Assembly (NCBI GenBank): GCA_016839265.1
Contig: JAEOUO010000003.1
Coordinates: 1-32,000, forward strand
DNA: 32,000 nt
Reading direction: 5' to 3'
DNA from: Candidatus Odinarchaeota archaeon
GTDB lineage: Archaea; Asgardarchaeota; Odinarchaeia; Odinarchaeales; Odinarchaeaceae
In this document: in pieces, positions 17,438-28,041 of the stretch
Numbering within the stretch: position 1 is the first letter of the stretch
Layout: each line of letters starts with the position of its first letter
Made by a program: the position numbers and the translations under genes
The notes under the pieces: model-generated
Seen by the model: only the letters and a program-made list of their open reading frames with translations
The model's database searches: none
Told to the model about the DNA's origin: nothing

Positions 17438-18544
17438 TTGAATTCTATTATAAATATGCGTATTATTTTACACGTTGACTTAGATTATTTTTACGCTCAA
17501 ATAGAGGAGAGAGATAACCCTTCTTTGAAGGGTAAGCCTGTAGTGGTGTGCGTTTACTCGGATAGAGGCGGGGGGAGTGGGGTTGTAGCTGCAGCTAACT
17601 ATATTAGTAGGCGTTATAATGTTAAAGCGGGTATGCCTGTTAAAACAGCTGAGAAGCTTTTAAAAGATTTTAACCCTGTGTTTCTCCCTGTGCGCGGGGA
17701 ATACTATGAGAAAGTTTCAAGTGAAGTAATGGATATTATTAGAAGCTACGGGGATGTCTTTGAACAGGCTAGTATAGATGAAGCTTACTTGGATGCTACG
17801 CGCATGCTGAACGGGGATTTCAGTCAAGCCCCCGGTCACGCTGTGCGACTTCAAGCGGACGTGTACTTGAAAACAGGGCTCACCTGTTCGGTGGGCGTCA
17901 GCTATAATAAGCTTTTAGCGAAGATCGCGGCTGGTTACCGGAAGCCGAACGGTGTGACGATTGTAGCTCCAGGGGAGGCTGAAAATTTTCTTAAAACTTT
18001 AAAAATCTCTAAGATTCCCGGCATCGGCGTGAAAACAACACGGATTTTAGAGGATATGGGTTATCGAACAGTCGGCGAGTTGCAGGCGATCTCTGTTGAG
18101 AGGTTAATGGATGTATTCGGTCGTAAAACCGGTTTATACATTTATAACGCAGCCAGAGGCGTAGACGATGAGCCTGTGAAGCCTAGGGGGCCAGCTGCGC
18201 AGCATGGTCGTATTAAAACTCTTAGAGAGGATAGTCGAAACCCAGCTTATATTTTAAGTGAACTTGAAACAGTCATCAAAGAATTAGATCAAGATCTAGC
18301 TTTCGAAGCTTTAAGCTTTAAAACTTTAACTGTGGTTTTCGTAACTGTTGATCTTAAAACGCATTCGAAGAGTATTAGCTTTGACCGCCGTTTTAACTCA
18401 GTCAGCTCGCTGCGGAAAGAGATCTTAAATTTGATTAATAGTTTTCTAGGCGAGAACCCTTATAGTATTCGTAGAATAGGTTTACGTGTATCTAACTTGT
18501 TAAAAGAGAGCGGTGTAAGACAGTTAAAGCTTACACTGTTTTAG
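17438..18544 (+). CDS. dinB: Y-family DNA polymerase IV (Dpo4/DinB)
   Basis: ILHVDLDYFYAQIEE, AANY-x-x-R, SIDEAYLD, KLLAKIA, KPNG; likely start ATG 17456. Confidence 0.95.
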   Translation: MNSIINMRIILHVDLDYFYAQIEERDNPSLKGKPVVVCVYSDRGGGSGVVAAANYISRRYNVKAGMPVKTAEKLLKDFNPVFLPVRGEYYEKVSSEVMDIIRSYGDVFEQASIDEAYLDATRMLNGDFSQAPGHAVRLQADVYLKTGLTCSVGVSYNKLLAKIAAGYRKPNGVTIVAPGEAENFLKTLKISKIPGIGVKTTRILEDMGYRTVGELQAISVERLMDVFGRKTGLYIYNAARGVDDEPVKPRGPAAQHGRIKTLREDSRNPAYILSELETVIKELDQDLAFEALSFKTLTVVFVTVDLKTHSKSISFDRRFNSVSSLRKEILNLINSFLGENPYSIRRIGLRVSNLLKESGVRQLKLTLF

Positions 18545-18545
18545 T

Positions 18546-21017
18546 TCACCGATTGGAGGCTTGCCCGTATACTTTTAACTCTTCTAAAGCCATTTTAATA
18601 GTGTCCGCTTCCAAGTCGCCGGGTGAACGATAGCTGTTAAAGAATGATTCTACTTCACTTATATTTTTTAAACCGCTGTAAGGTGTGACTCTGGCTATGA
18701 CTCTTCCTAAATGCGTTAAAGGCAGCTTCTCTAATTCGTTAATGTTATCTGTGAACCAGCTCCAAAGCCAGTTTAAAGCAGCAGGGTTACGGGAGGCGGA
18801 GTTAACGACTATGAATATATTGTTTTTCGCGACTTTTCTCAGCGCGTAATCTAAGACTTCTTTTAATAGTTGACTGTCTGATACCGCTCCTAGAGCGTTT
18901 AACAAGTATACTCGCTCCGTCTCCGGTGTGGTCGCTGATTCTAATCTTTTCTTAATATAGTTTAAGCCAGCCGGATCCGCGTAGACTCCTGCTTTCAAAG
19001 CCACAGCTTGCAGGTCAGGGTGAACTTCCCCGCCTCTTATTATTTTTTCGAAGAGTTGACTGCAATATTCTCGAATTTTTTTACTTTCTAATACGGTGGC
19101 CGTCCAGAGCGCTGCGCTGCGAAGCCCTGCTCGCTGCGGGGTTTCCTCTACGGTAGGCTGTAATCCTATCTCATCTAAGATTCTCTCAGCTAGCTTTAAC
19201 CCATAGCTTGCTATCTTCGACTTATAGTGTGGTGCGATTAGATTAAGCTCTAAAAGATTCGCAGTGATGTCAACCGCGGGTAGGTAACGGGTCTCCTTAC
19301 TGTAGTATTTTTCTAGAAGATAAAGGTATTCGCCGATCGAGTAATCTCCTCTCAGCGTTAACGCGTAGAAGTCGTTTTCTAAGTTGAAGCTATCCGCGCC
19401 TGGTAGAGTTTGCGCTTCTACTAGTTCGCTTAACCGCTGCAGGTTTTCTACATTATATTTTACTCTGTAAAAACCCCAGCCGCCGTGATTTAATTTAATA
19501 ATTGAATCCGCTGGTAAACCGTTTAATCGACTTTCTCTATTATTCAACGTATATTTTACTACTCTACTATTTTCACTCGTATAAACTATCAGCTCTACTG
19601 GTATAATCCATTTCTCTTCGTATTCTTCCGGTTGATATGCGAAACGGCTTTGTTTTAGTTGAAGGCTTCGCTCTTCTAAATTAGCTTCGATTAAAGGGTA
19701 TCCTTTCTGTGTAAGCCAGTTTTCAGCGAATTCTCTGACAGGTATCTGAGAGACTTGCTCGAATACACTCCAATAGTCTCCGGTTTCAGCGTTTTTATAA
19801 GCGTATTTCTCCATGAAAACGCTGACCGCTCTCTGAAAAACTTCTCCCCCTAAGTATTCGACGAGCATCCGTAGAACAGCCGCTCCTTTATTATATATTA
19901 TAGGCGCTGTGGATGTGTTAATGTTCACCGGTAGACCGCCTGGTAGTTGAATAGGATGCGTGTGCTTCAAAGAATCTCTTTTAAAAGCTTCCAGCGTGTT
20001 CTCTAAGAGAAAGCGATCCCAAGCCTCCCACTCCGGGTGTAAGCTATCAGTAACCTTGTATGAGAAATAAGTTGCGAAGGATTCGTTTAACCAGAGATCC
20101 CGCCAATCTAACGGTGTAACAATGTCACCGAACCATAGATGAGCTGTTTCATGCGCGATAATCGAAGTGATGCGAACAAGTCCGCTGCGGTTAGTCAGCT
20201 TCGGGTAAACTAGTAGAAGATTCTCTCTAAATGTGATCGCCCCGTAATTCTCCATCGCCCCGAATAAGAAATCCTGCACGCTTATATAATCGCATTTACC
20301 AGTCGGATACTCTAACCCAGTGTATTTCTCCATAAAGCTTAAAGCCGCTCTAGCGTTTTGCAGCGCGTAACCTGCGTAAACGCTTTTACCAGGCGCTGTT
20401 AACACTCGAATAACCGGTTTACTGGAATCGTCTTTAATCGCTTCAAATTCTCCGACGGCGAAGAAAACCAGGTAAGAGCTCAGCAACGGAGTAGTTGTGA
20501 AGCGAACAAGCTTCCGACCATCTCCTAGGCTACGCTCCTCTAAAATCTCAGTGTTAGAGATCGCTGTTAACTTCTCATCCACGATTAACTCGATGTTGAA
20601 GACGGCTTTCATCGAAGGATGGTCGAAGCATGGAAACGCTCGTCTAGCCTCCTGTTCCTCGAACTGGGTGACTGCGATATATTTCTCCTCACCGTCTACT
20701 GTAACGTAACGACTTCTGTAAAAACCGATCATTAAATCGTTAATAACTCCTTCGTAGCTGATTTTTAAAACAGCTCGCCCTTTAATAATTCTAGGAAGCT
20801 TAACATGCAACTCCTCTCTATCCTCTAAAATATTATACTCACACTCATCTTCCTCACATCTATAGAGGACACTACACTCTTTAATAACCAAGTCTTTAAC
20901 GTTTAAAACAACTTCACTTACAGGTTCATCCAGCTTTAAATCTATCGCGACGAATCCTTTAAACTTGAAAACCTTTAGATCCGGCTCTAATCTAATCCAA
21001 TAGCTTAAAGGCTTCAC
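18546..21017 (-). CDS. M1-family zinc aminopeptidase (tricorn-interacting factor/PepN-like)
   Basis: TQFE...AR-x-AFPCFD, GAMEN, HETAH-x18-E, YNKGA; ERAP1-like C-terminus. Confidence 0.93.
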   Translation of the reverse strand: MKPLSYWIRLEPDLKVFKFKGFVAIDLKLDEPVSEVVLNVKDLVIKECSVLYRCEEDECEYNILEDREELHVKLPRIIKGRAVLKISYEGVINDLMIGFYRSRYVTVDGEEKYIAVTQFEEQEARRAFPCFDHPSMKAVFNIELIVDEKLTAISNTEILEERSLGDGRKLVRFTTTPLLSSYLVFFAVGEFEAIKDDSSKPVIRVLTAPGKSVYAGYALQNARAALSFMEKYTGLEYPTGKCDYISVQDFLFGAMENYGAITFRENLLLVYPKLTNRSGLVRITSIIAHETAHLWFGDIVTPLDWRDLWLNESFATYFSYKVTDSLHPEWEAWDRFLLENTLEAFKRDSLKHTHPIQLPGGLPVNINTSTAPIIYNKGAAVLRMLVEYLGGEVFQRAVSVFMEKYAYKNAETGDYWSVFEQVSQIPVREFAENWLTQKGYPLIEANLEERSLQLKQSRFAYQPEEYEEKWIIPVELIVYTSENSRVVKYTLNNRESRLNGLPADSIIKLNHGGWGFYRVKYNVENLQRLSELVEAQTLPGADSFNLENDFYALTLRGDYSIGEYLYLLEKYYSKETRYLPAVDITANLLELNLIAPHYKSKIASYGLKLAERILDEIGLQPTVEETPQRAGLRSAALWTATVLESKKIREYCSQLFEKIIRGGEVHPDLQAVALKAGVYADPAGLNYIKKRLESATTPETERVYLLNALGAVSDSQLLKEVLDYALRKVAKNNIFIVVNSASRNPAALNWLWSWFTDNINELEKLPLTHLGRVIARVTPYSGLKNISEVESFFNSYRSPGDLEADTIKMALEELKVYGQASNR

Positions 21018-21032
21018 TTAAACCACCCTCTT

Positions 21033-22382
21033 TCAACCGCAGCTTACTCGACTTATACTTTCACCTAACCCTAAAAATAACAGTAAACCTGCAACCACTA
21101 TAGTAAACTGTATTAAAATAATTAACGGATCGAAAGAGAACAGTAAAAGCAAGCATACAACAGCTCCTAAAACCGCGGTGACAGGCATCCACTTAATATT
21201 TAAACCTATTTTAAACGGTCTATCAGCGTCAGGAACCCTTCTGCGAAGCAAGATCACGCTTAAATTAACAAATAAGAAAACGATTAAAATCCCGTAAACC
21301 GTCGCATTCGCCACTAAACTAATATCCCCTAACAATAACATTAAAAGACTCATAATCATAGCGAATAAAACCGCTAAAGTAGGAGTACCAGTCCGCTTAG
21401 AAACCCTGCATAAAGGCGCCGGTAACGCTCTATCCCTAGCCATCCCGTAAACCAGTCTAGAAGAAGTAACTAAAACAATTAAAACAGTGTTCGCCGTCGC
21501 GAATAAAGCGATAAAAGACATTAAAACACCTCCAACAGGCCCAAGCACAGTTAAAACCACAGTTTTCAAAGGTGCAGGTGAAGCCGCTATAACATTATAA
21601 GGGAGAATACTCACAACGCTAACCGCCACCAAGCAGTAAATCACAGCCGTAATCAAAATCGAGAAAATAATCGCTTTCGGCACACTCCTCGTCGCATCAA
21701 CCCCCTCCTCTGCAAGATTAGCCACAGCTTCAAAACCTAAATACGCGAAGAAAACCAGGTTAACCGTAGATAAAATATTCATTAAACCGCCACCAGCAGG
21801 CAGCTCAAAGTAATTCACAGAGCCCAGAAAAGGCACACCAATAAAAATAATCAAAAACAAGCCCCCGGCTTCAATCAACGTGAAAACAACATTCATCCAA
21901 GTAGACTCCCTAATCCCAATATAATTCACAACACTCACAACTATAATGAGAGCGGCCGCGAAAAACACAGAAACCCCCCACTCGGATAACCCTAATAAAA
22001 CAGAAAGATAACCCCCGAAACCTAAAGCCACCGTAGCCGCTGAAAACAAACCGGAGAAAACCACAATCCAACCAAGTATAAAAGATAAAGCCCTTATTTT
22101 AAAAGCTCTATCCACGTAAACAAAAGAAGCCGCGCTCTGAGGATACATAGATGAAAGCTCAGCGTAAGATAAACCCGTCAACAACCCGATGAAAGCAGTC
22201 AACAGAAAAGGAAGCCAAGCCATATTACCCGCTAAACCAACCACAGACCCAATAAGAGCGTAAACACCAGCCCCGAGAATATTACCAACACCGTAAAAAA
22301 TCAAACCAACCAGTGAAACACGCCGCTTCAAACCCCCACCGCTAACCGACATAAAACCAGCCTCAAACACCAGCGGACTCAA
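21033..22382 (-). CDS. APC-family amino acid permease
   Basis: GNILGAGVY, YAELSS, FFAYLGFE-x-x-ANLAEE, SRL-x-YGMARD. Confidence 0.92.
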   Translation of the reverse strand: MSPLVFEAGFMSVSGGGLKRRVSLVGLIFYGVGNILGAGVYALIGSVVGLAGNMAWLPFLLTAFIGLLTGLSYAELSSMYPQSAASFVYVDRAFKIRALSFILGWIVVFSGLFSAATVALGFGGYLSVLLGLSEWGVSVFFAAALIIVVSVVNYIGIRESTWMNVVFTLIEAGGLFLIIFIGVPFLGSVNYFELPAGGGLMNILSTVNLVFFAYLGFEAVANLAEEGVDATRSVPKAIIFSILITAVIYCLVAVSVVSILPYNVIAASPAPLKTVVLTVLGPVGGVLMSFIALFATANTVLIVLVTSSRLVYGMARDRALPAPLCRVSKRTGTPTLAVLFAMIMSLLMLLLGDISLVANATVYGILIVFLFVNLSVILLRRRVPDADRPFKIGLNIKWMPVTAVLGAVVCLLLLFSFDPLIILIQFTIVVAGLLLFLGLGESISRVSCG

Positions 22383-22767
22383 CCATCACACAAACACCCC
22401 AAACAACATCAATATTATTCCGCCTACAAAACTCTAAAATCTCCTCAGACTCAGCCCCAGGCTGAAGCCACACCCTCCGCACACCAGCCCGAACACAATC
22501 CTCAACCACCCTCAAACCAACAACCGGAGGAACAACCAACACCGCAACATCCACCATAACAGGTAAATCAAAAACCGAAGAATAAACCCGATCCCCATCA
22601 ACACAATCAATATTAGGATTCACCGCATAAACCTCAAAACCCTTCCTCTTCAAATCAAAATAAACCCGGTAACCATACTTACCAGGATCACGAGAAACAC
22701 CAAACACCGCAAACCGCCGCCCCCTCTTCAAAAAATCATAAACCAACCTCTCCATAATAACCACCAA
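22363..22767 (-). CDS. CoA-binding protein (YccU-like)
   Basis: AVFGVSRDPGKYG, YAVNP, VWLQPGAES, CVMV. Confidence 0.9.
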   Translation of the reverse strand: MVVIMERLVYDFLKRGRRFAVFGVSRDPGKYGYRVYFDLKRKGFEVYAVNPNIDCVDGDRVYSSVFDLPVMVDVAVLVVPPVVGLRVVEDCVRAGVRRVWLQPGAESEEILEFCRRNNIDVVWGVCVMVESAGV

Positions 22768-22831
22768 TTAAACACGAAACACTCAATAAAAACTAAAATA
22801 CAATAATAAAAATAAAATTAAAAAAAGAAAA

Positions 22832-23251
22832 CTAAAGCTCCTCTAACAAACTAGTAAACGTATCGTGATGATCCTCCTCATCCGCTAAAATATCCCTGAA
22901 CAAATGAGCAGTAGTCTCATCACCCTCCTTCAAAGCAACACTCATCACAGTCTTATAAAGCTTAATAGCACCCTCTTCATCCTTAGCATCCTGCTCCAAC
23001 ATCTCCCTCAAACTCGCACCGACAAAAATCGGCTCAGGCTTAGTAGTCGGAACACCACCCAAATAAACAAGCCGCTCAGCAATAGCCTCAGCATGCTTCA
23101 TCTCCTGCACACCAATACTCTTCAAAACATCCTTCACCGCAAAACCCTTAACACCACGCCACTGAACATGCTGCCACATATACTGAATAGAAACCTGCAA
23201 CTCACGAGCAATAGACTTATTCAACAAATCCAACAACTCTTTACTAGCCAT
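22832..23251 (-). CDS. bacterioferritin/ferritin-like protein
   Basis: EL...QY..QH, EMKHAE, E...Y, EEDH di-iron ligands; start ATG 23251 with GGTGGTG RBS preferred over the ORF-track start 23293. Confidence 0.88.
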   Translation of the reverse strand: MASKELLDLLNKSIARELQVSIQYMWQHVQWRGVKGFAVKDVLKSIGVQEMKHAEAIAERLVYLGGVPTTKPEPIFVGASLREMLEQDAKDEEGAIKLYKTVMSVALKEGDETTAHLFRDILADEEDHHDTFTSLLEEL

Positions 23252-23547
23252 ACAACACCACCAAAACAATAATTTAAACAAAACTATAAACAAAACCCCT
23301 TTTATACCTTTCCATAAAAACAGCGTCGCAAACTTTTTGGTTTATTAGGCGGGAAAATTAGAACAAATGAAACAATATAAAAGTAAATAATAAATTACCA
23401 AAAATACTAATAAGGTGTGCGATAATGCGAAGCTTTCGAATTGAAAGTTTATTTGAAATATTTGACGCTGTATATAAACTAGCGAAGCAAAAGTGTTTTG
23501 TTCACATATTACTGTAATATTAAATAAACTAAAATTTCATAATAGTT

Positions 23548-23982
23548 TTATGTATTCGCTTTAGCGAATAAATCAAGTTCACGGTTCAGTAATGAGTCAG
23601 CTCGGGTGATCATAGGGTGAGTTCTATTAACAAAAGTATAACTCACCTTATGATAATATTTCTCTAATTCTTTAACTCTAGTATATAGGCTTTTAAGCCT
23701 AGCGTTTTTAACCTGGTATAGCCCGTTTAACTGGTTAACGACGAGTAGACTGTCAGAGTAAACTTCAACTCTATTCCGAGTATAATTTTTAGCGACAGTT
23801 AAACCTTCAATAACCGCGTTATACTCCGCCCAATTATTAGAGCCTAAACCTAGAAAAACACTTTTCTCGAATAAAACCTGCCCTTTAAAATCGCATATAA
23901 TCACAGCTATCGCACACTGACCGAGCGCTGCTCTATTCCCGCGTGACCCGCCGTCCACGTAAACTTTTACAAGAGTATACAG
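23548..23982 (-). CDS. rnhA: ribonuclease HI (archaeal/bacterial-like)
   Basis: VYVDGGSRGN, NNWAEY, SDS, RADSL catalytic D/E/D/D; the frame extends upstream of the ORF-track start (LYTLVKVYVD), so the true start is uncertain. Confidence 0.88.
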   Translation of the reverse strand: MYTLVKVYVDGGSRGNRAALGQCAIAVIICDFKGQVLFEKSVFLGLGSNNWAEYNAVIEGLTVAKNYTRNRVEVYSDSLLVVNQLNGLYQVKNARLKSLYTRVKELEKYYHKVSYTFVNRTHPMITRADSLLNRELDLFAKANT

Positions 23983-24001
23983 TAAAACACGCCCCTTACA
24001 A

Positions 24002-24307
24002 CTAACCTAGATTTCTCATAACGGATTCAATCTTAGATTTAATAGTAATCTTTTTATCACGTCGATCATCAATTTTGACCTGCGTTAACACTCTGCTAAC
24101 ACCCATCTTGAAAACCGCCTCATGAGCCTGTTTAACAGCTTCGAAAACCGTGTTTAAGTCTTCAGCTTCTATAATAGTAGCCATAGAAGTCACTTCTACA
24201 CGAATATTTTTAAAGGATTGTAAAACACTAATCGCTTTAGCTACATATTTACTTAAACTAGCAGTAGCTGTTCCTAAAGGAACAATACTAACCTCCGCGA
24301 CAACCAT
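24002..24307 (-). CDS. MTH1187/YkoF-like thiamine-binding family protein
   Basis: AEVSIVPLGT...SLSKYVA...M-x-T-x-IE...KIDDRRDK. Confidence 0.9.
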   Translation of the reverse strand: MVVAEVSIVPLGTATASLSKYVAKAISVLQSFKNIRVEVTSMATIIEAEDLNTVFEAVKQAHEAVFKMGVSRVLTQVKIDDRRDKKITIKSKIESVMRNLG

Positions 24308-24403
24308 TTAAACCACCCTCAATAATATAAATTAAAAGAGTTTAATAAAAATATAACATTACTCATTAAAACAGTTAGCTAGTTAATTTATGAGTGGATA
24401 AAA

Positions 24404-25093
24404 TTGTCTTTACTGAAGAGAGTAGTAGACAGTTATATGAGCAGGGTTGAAGGTTTAAAAGATTATTGTGAGCGTTGTCTTAGAACAGAACGCTGGGGTG
24501 GCAGCGTAGTTTTAATGATAGTTGACGCGGCTTTCACGTCAATAGGATTAAATTATTTTACAGCCGTGGTTCCTAAAGTAGAGTTGTTCAGGAAAAAATT
24601 TCTCGAAACCGGTTTAATAAACAATTTAAAAAAACTGGCGGCAGCCGATTTAAATCAACTCAAAACCGTTTGGAGAAACACGAGATCATGGGATATCACT
24701 AAAAAAATAGCCTCTTATCTTTCCAATTTAGAGATTAATGATAGAAACGCGTTTAGAAGATGGGCGGGTTCCTCTAAACTTGAGAGTTGGAGAAATGATC
24801 CGATAGGCGGAATCAAAGGCGTCGGTTTAGTGACATACCAGTATCTTCGAATGATGGGCGGCGTTGACACGGTGATGCCGGATAAAATAGTTAAAAAAGT
24901 TATAAATAAAATACGATCGGAAGCTGGGTTAACTCCTGTAATAGAGGATATAGAATTTATTATAAAAACCGAGGAACTTGCATATCAAACAGGTTACCGG
25001 CCGATTGAATTATGCTGGATGACATGGCTTATACAATCTGAAGGTGAAATAATGCGATTGGATAAATACGCTAAGCTTCTACCGAAGATATGA
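24404..25093 (+). CDS. uncharacterised protein with helix-hairpin-helix motif (HhH-GPD glycosylase-like)
   Basis: IKGVGLVT HhH hairpin followed by YLRMMGGVDTVMPD with an Asp at the usual position. Confidence 0.55.
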   Translation: MSLLKRVVDSYMSRVEGLKDYCERCLRTERWGGSVVLMIVDAAFTSIGLNYFTAVVPKVELFRKKFLETGLINNLKKLAAADLNQLKTVWRNTRSWDITKKIASYLSNLEINDRNAFRRWAGSSKLESWRNDPIGGIKGVGLVTYQYLRMMGGVDTVMPDKIVKKVINKIRSEAGLTPVIEDIEFIIKTEELAYQTGYRPIELCWMTWLIQSEGEIMRLDKYAKLLPKI

Positions 25094-25129
25094 GAAATAA
25101 TTTTTAAAAAAAATAAAAGAGAAATAAGT

Positions 25130-26819
25130 TTAGTCTGGTGGAATCTCTTTAAACCGTAAGTCCATAGGCACGCCTTTACTCTTGTTAATGAAGTACGCTG
25201 CGTAGTAGAGTATGAACGGTATGATTACGAAGAATGCTACTGTTCCGACGATCTGCTCCATACCTCCGCCGCCGCCTATTAAAGCGGCTATAGGCGGGGC
25301 TAAAGCAGAGTAAGCACCCCAAGCTGCCACACCGAGGGTTACAACGCCTAGAATTGAAATCGCGGGTATACCTGCTATTCGTTTCTTAACAACTTCAGGA
25401 GATTTCTCGAAGATGTCTTTTCGTCTCCACGGGAATATGATGCCTGCGATACCGAATACACACCAGCCGATCATCCAGATCGCGATCGTGTGAATAATAT
25501 AAGCCAACCATGTAGTCCAAGTGTTAATTGTAAAGATTATCCAAGCTATAGCGCCGCCTAAAATCACTGAGTTCACAGGTGAACCGCGTCTGTTAACACG
25601 GTTAACCCATTTCGGTAGAATACCGTCGAAAGACCAGGCGAACAGGTTTCTCACAGGACCGAAAGCAAGTGTTAGCATACCACCGAAGTCGATAACCGCG
25701 AAGTGGATTGTACTTATCCCTGTTAGAATCGGGTTAGCCGTAGTAAATATAACATTGTAAGTAGCTAACGGCAGTTTATAAGCGATGTCGAAACCGAAAT
25801 AGTATGCAAGCCAGTCGCCGGTAACACCCGGGCCGACTATACCTGAAGCATTAGCCTGATCCATCATAGCGATAGCTTGGTACCATACTGAACCGAATCC
25901 AGCGTATTGGAAGAATGTGAAGATCTCCCAGTACACTACGAAAAGCGCTAGTGAGCCGAGCTGAGCTAGTGTTTGAGCTGCTTTCACCTCTTTTATTTCT
26001 CCGGCTATGTTAGCGGCGAAAGTTGAGCCGAGTGTGCTAAGATTCAAGTATGTAGCGCCGGCCATAAGAGTCGGCAGAAGATATGTAGCGCCGTTCGGGA
26101 AGGTTTGCCCTAACGCGGTTGCAGCGCTTACAGCACCGTTTATAATATCAGTGTAAGAGTGCCCTGTATATAATAGAATATTATTCTGAACTGTTGCAGA
26201 CATCGGTCCGCCGGCCATTAACGCAGCGATACCGTAGACAGCTAAACCTATAAAGTTCCACACGAAGATAATCCATGTAAACTTTACAACCGTTCTTGTA
26301 CCCCTAGCCATAATAAAGTAGCATACCACTAACGCTAAGGTGCCGATAATCCAAGCTTCAATTGTACTAGGCTGGTTAAGATATAAGCCTAAGTCTCTTA
26401 GCGCAGTGTTGCCTGAAAGAACACCTTGAGCTAGCAGAGTGTCACCGAACCCCCCAGTTAATCAACCATGTGGTAAGAACACCTGACCAGTTTAACCCTA
26501 CAATGGTCAGCGTCCAACAGGCGAATAAACCCCAGGCAGGTGATATAACCCTGCTCACATAAATGTATTCACCGCCGGATCTAGGCATACTGATTGAAAA
26601 CATTACGTATAAGCCAGCGATAGGCATCAGTGAAAGAATCCATAGAGAAGCGATGTAGACATCAGCACCTGGGTTAAATGTTTGACACCATATAATGTAG
26701 TGCGCGGCGTAAGCTATGGTTGGAGCTACGAAAGAATAAGCCAGTGCATCCCATTTGCTTATAACTCTGGTAAGACCTGAGGCTTTCCTAACGAATACAG
26801 TTTTAGTTTCCTCACTCAT
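25130..26819 (-). pseudogene. APC-family amino acid permease split by a +1 frameshift in a G6 run (ORFs 26442-26819 and 25130-26329)
   Basis: N-part has VFVRKASGL and MPRSGGEYIY. Removing one G from the run at 26450-26455 gives NWGFGDTLLAQG...LVVCY, continuous with the downstream ORF (562 aa in total). Confidence 0.88.
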
Positions 26820-26936
26820 AACTTATCCCCTTTTTATAAAATACACCTGTTACAGCGTATTTTAAACGTAAAATATTCAGTCAAGTAGTATATAAGATTT
26901 AACTTACTAAAAATATATTAGGTATATGAAATTATA

Positions 26937-27536
26937 TTAGCTTGTTTTATAAGCCGAGAGAAAAGTTTTCAAACCTAGAACGGTTATGAAGAAAGCTGCG
27001 GGAAAAGCGGTAATAGCCTCAGGGATAGCTACACCATCCCAGACAGGTAAAGCCCAAGCTATAATACCGATAACACCGAAAACAATACAGTACACTCCAA
27101 GCCATCTCCATTTTATTTCAAACAGGCACCCCGCGCCGTAGCTTAGAAAAGCGAATAATACGAATACGAAAAATAGAACTGAAAAAATAAAATGGTGAGG
27201 GCTATAATCCTCTGTGAAAACACCTATACCTATAAGAGAAACAGAGGCTAAAACCAGAAAACCGGTTCCAACCCTTCCGCCTATACTTTTTTCAACAGTT
27301 TTAAAATGAGATAATGCGAAGATAAAGGCGAAAACACCGCTTAAAATTAAACCTTGATTAAAAATTAAAGCAGCAGGCGATACACCCAGATCACTTAAAG
27401 CATTAGAAACCCAGCTGAACCACGGGGAGACGGTGATAGCGATTAAAATAGATGAAACACTCCATACCCCAGCTAAAACACCGAGAAAAGATGCTATCTT
27501 CAGAGTAATATTCCCTTTATCAGTCAAATCACTCAC
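26937..27536 (-). CDS. DUF998-like membrane protein
   Basis: PWFSW-x-x-NALSDLG, FN-x-GLI-x-x-G, GVF-x-E...H, AIPE motifs. Confidence 0.75.
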   Translation of the reverse strand: MSDLTDKGNITLKIASFLGVLAGVWSVSSILIAITVSPWFSWVSNALSDLGVSPAALIFNQGLILSGVFAFIFALSHFKTVEKSIGGRVGTGFLVLASVSLIGIGVFTEDYSPHHFIFSVLFFVFVLFAFLSYGAGCLFEIKWRWLGVYCIVFGVIGIIAWALPVWDGVAIPEAITAFPAAFFITVLGLKTFLSAYKTS

Positions 27537-28041
27537 CTCTGATCTAAAAAAAGAATATGTTGAAAAGAGTATTATAAATATTACGAGAAAACCAAGGTTA
27601 TAGAATAAGGTTAAAAAAAGTTATAACAAGTTTATGAAAAATATTTAAAGCACCTATATTATTAAGATAAGAAATAATATAGTTAAAGTGGTTTCTTAGG
27701 TAAGAAAACGGCTATCACAGTTTTAATAATAATAGTAGCGGTCATAAATGGTTGACTATCTTTATCCTACTTTAGATAGTTAACTAGAATCAGCTTAAAT
27801 ATTGAAACAACTTGAAGTCTTTAATTATTCCAAACACAAGTATAGTTGAATATAATAGCGACAGCCTGTTCAATTCTCTAAATGCTCAGATTATATAATT
27901 CAACAGGCCTTAATCGTTAACAGTCCCTGAATAACAATAAGATAAAAATACACGAAATAAATAGCGGCTTTAGGATCATTAACCAGAGCTGATCGTTAGA
28001 CCGTAGACGCCACTAGACTAAGATTTAAAATTTAGTGTAAA

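Noticed and set aside
23956-23958. ORF-track start for RNase HI
   Set aside because: It would delete the beta-strand carrying the first catalytic Asp context; the frame is open further upstream, possibly with a non-canonical start
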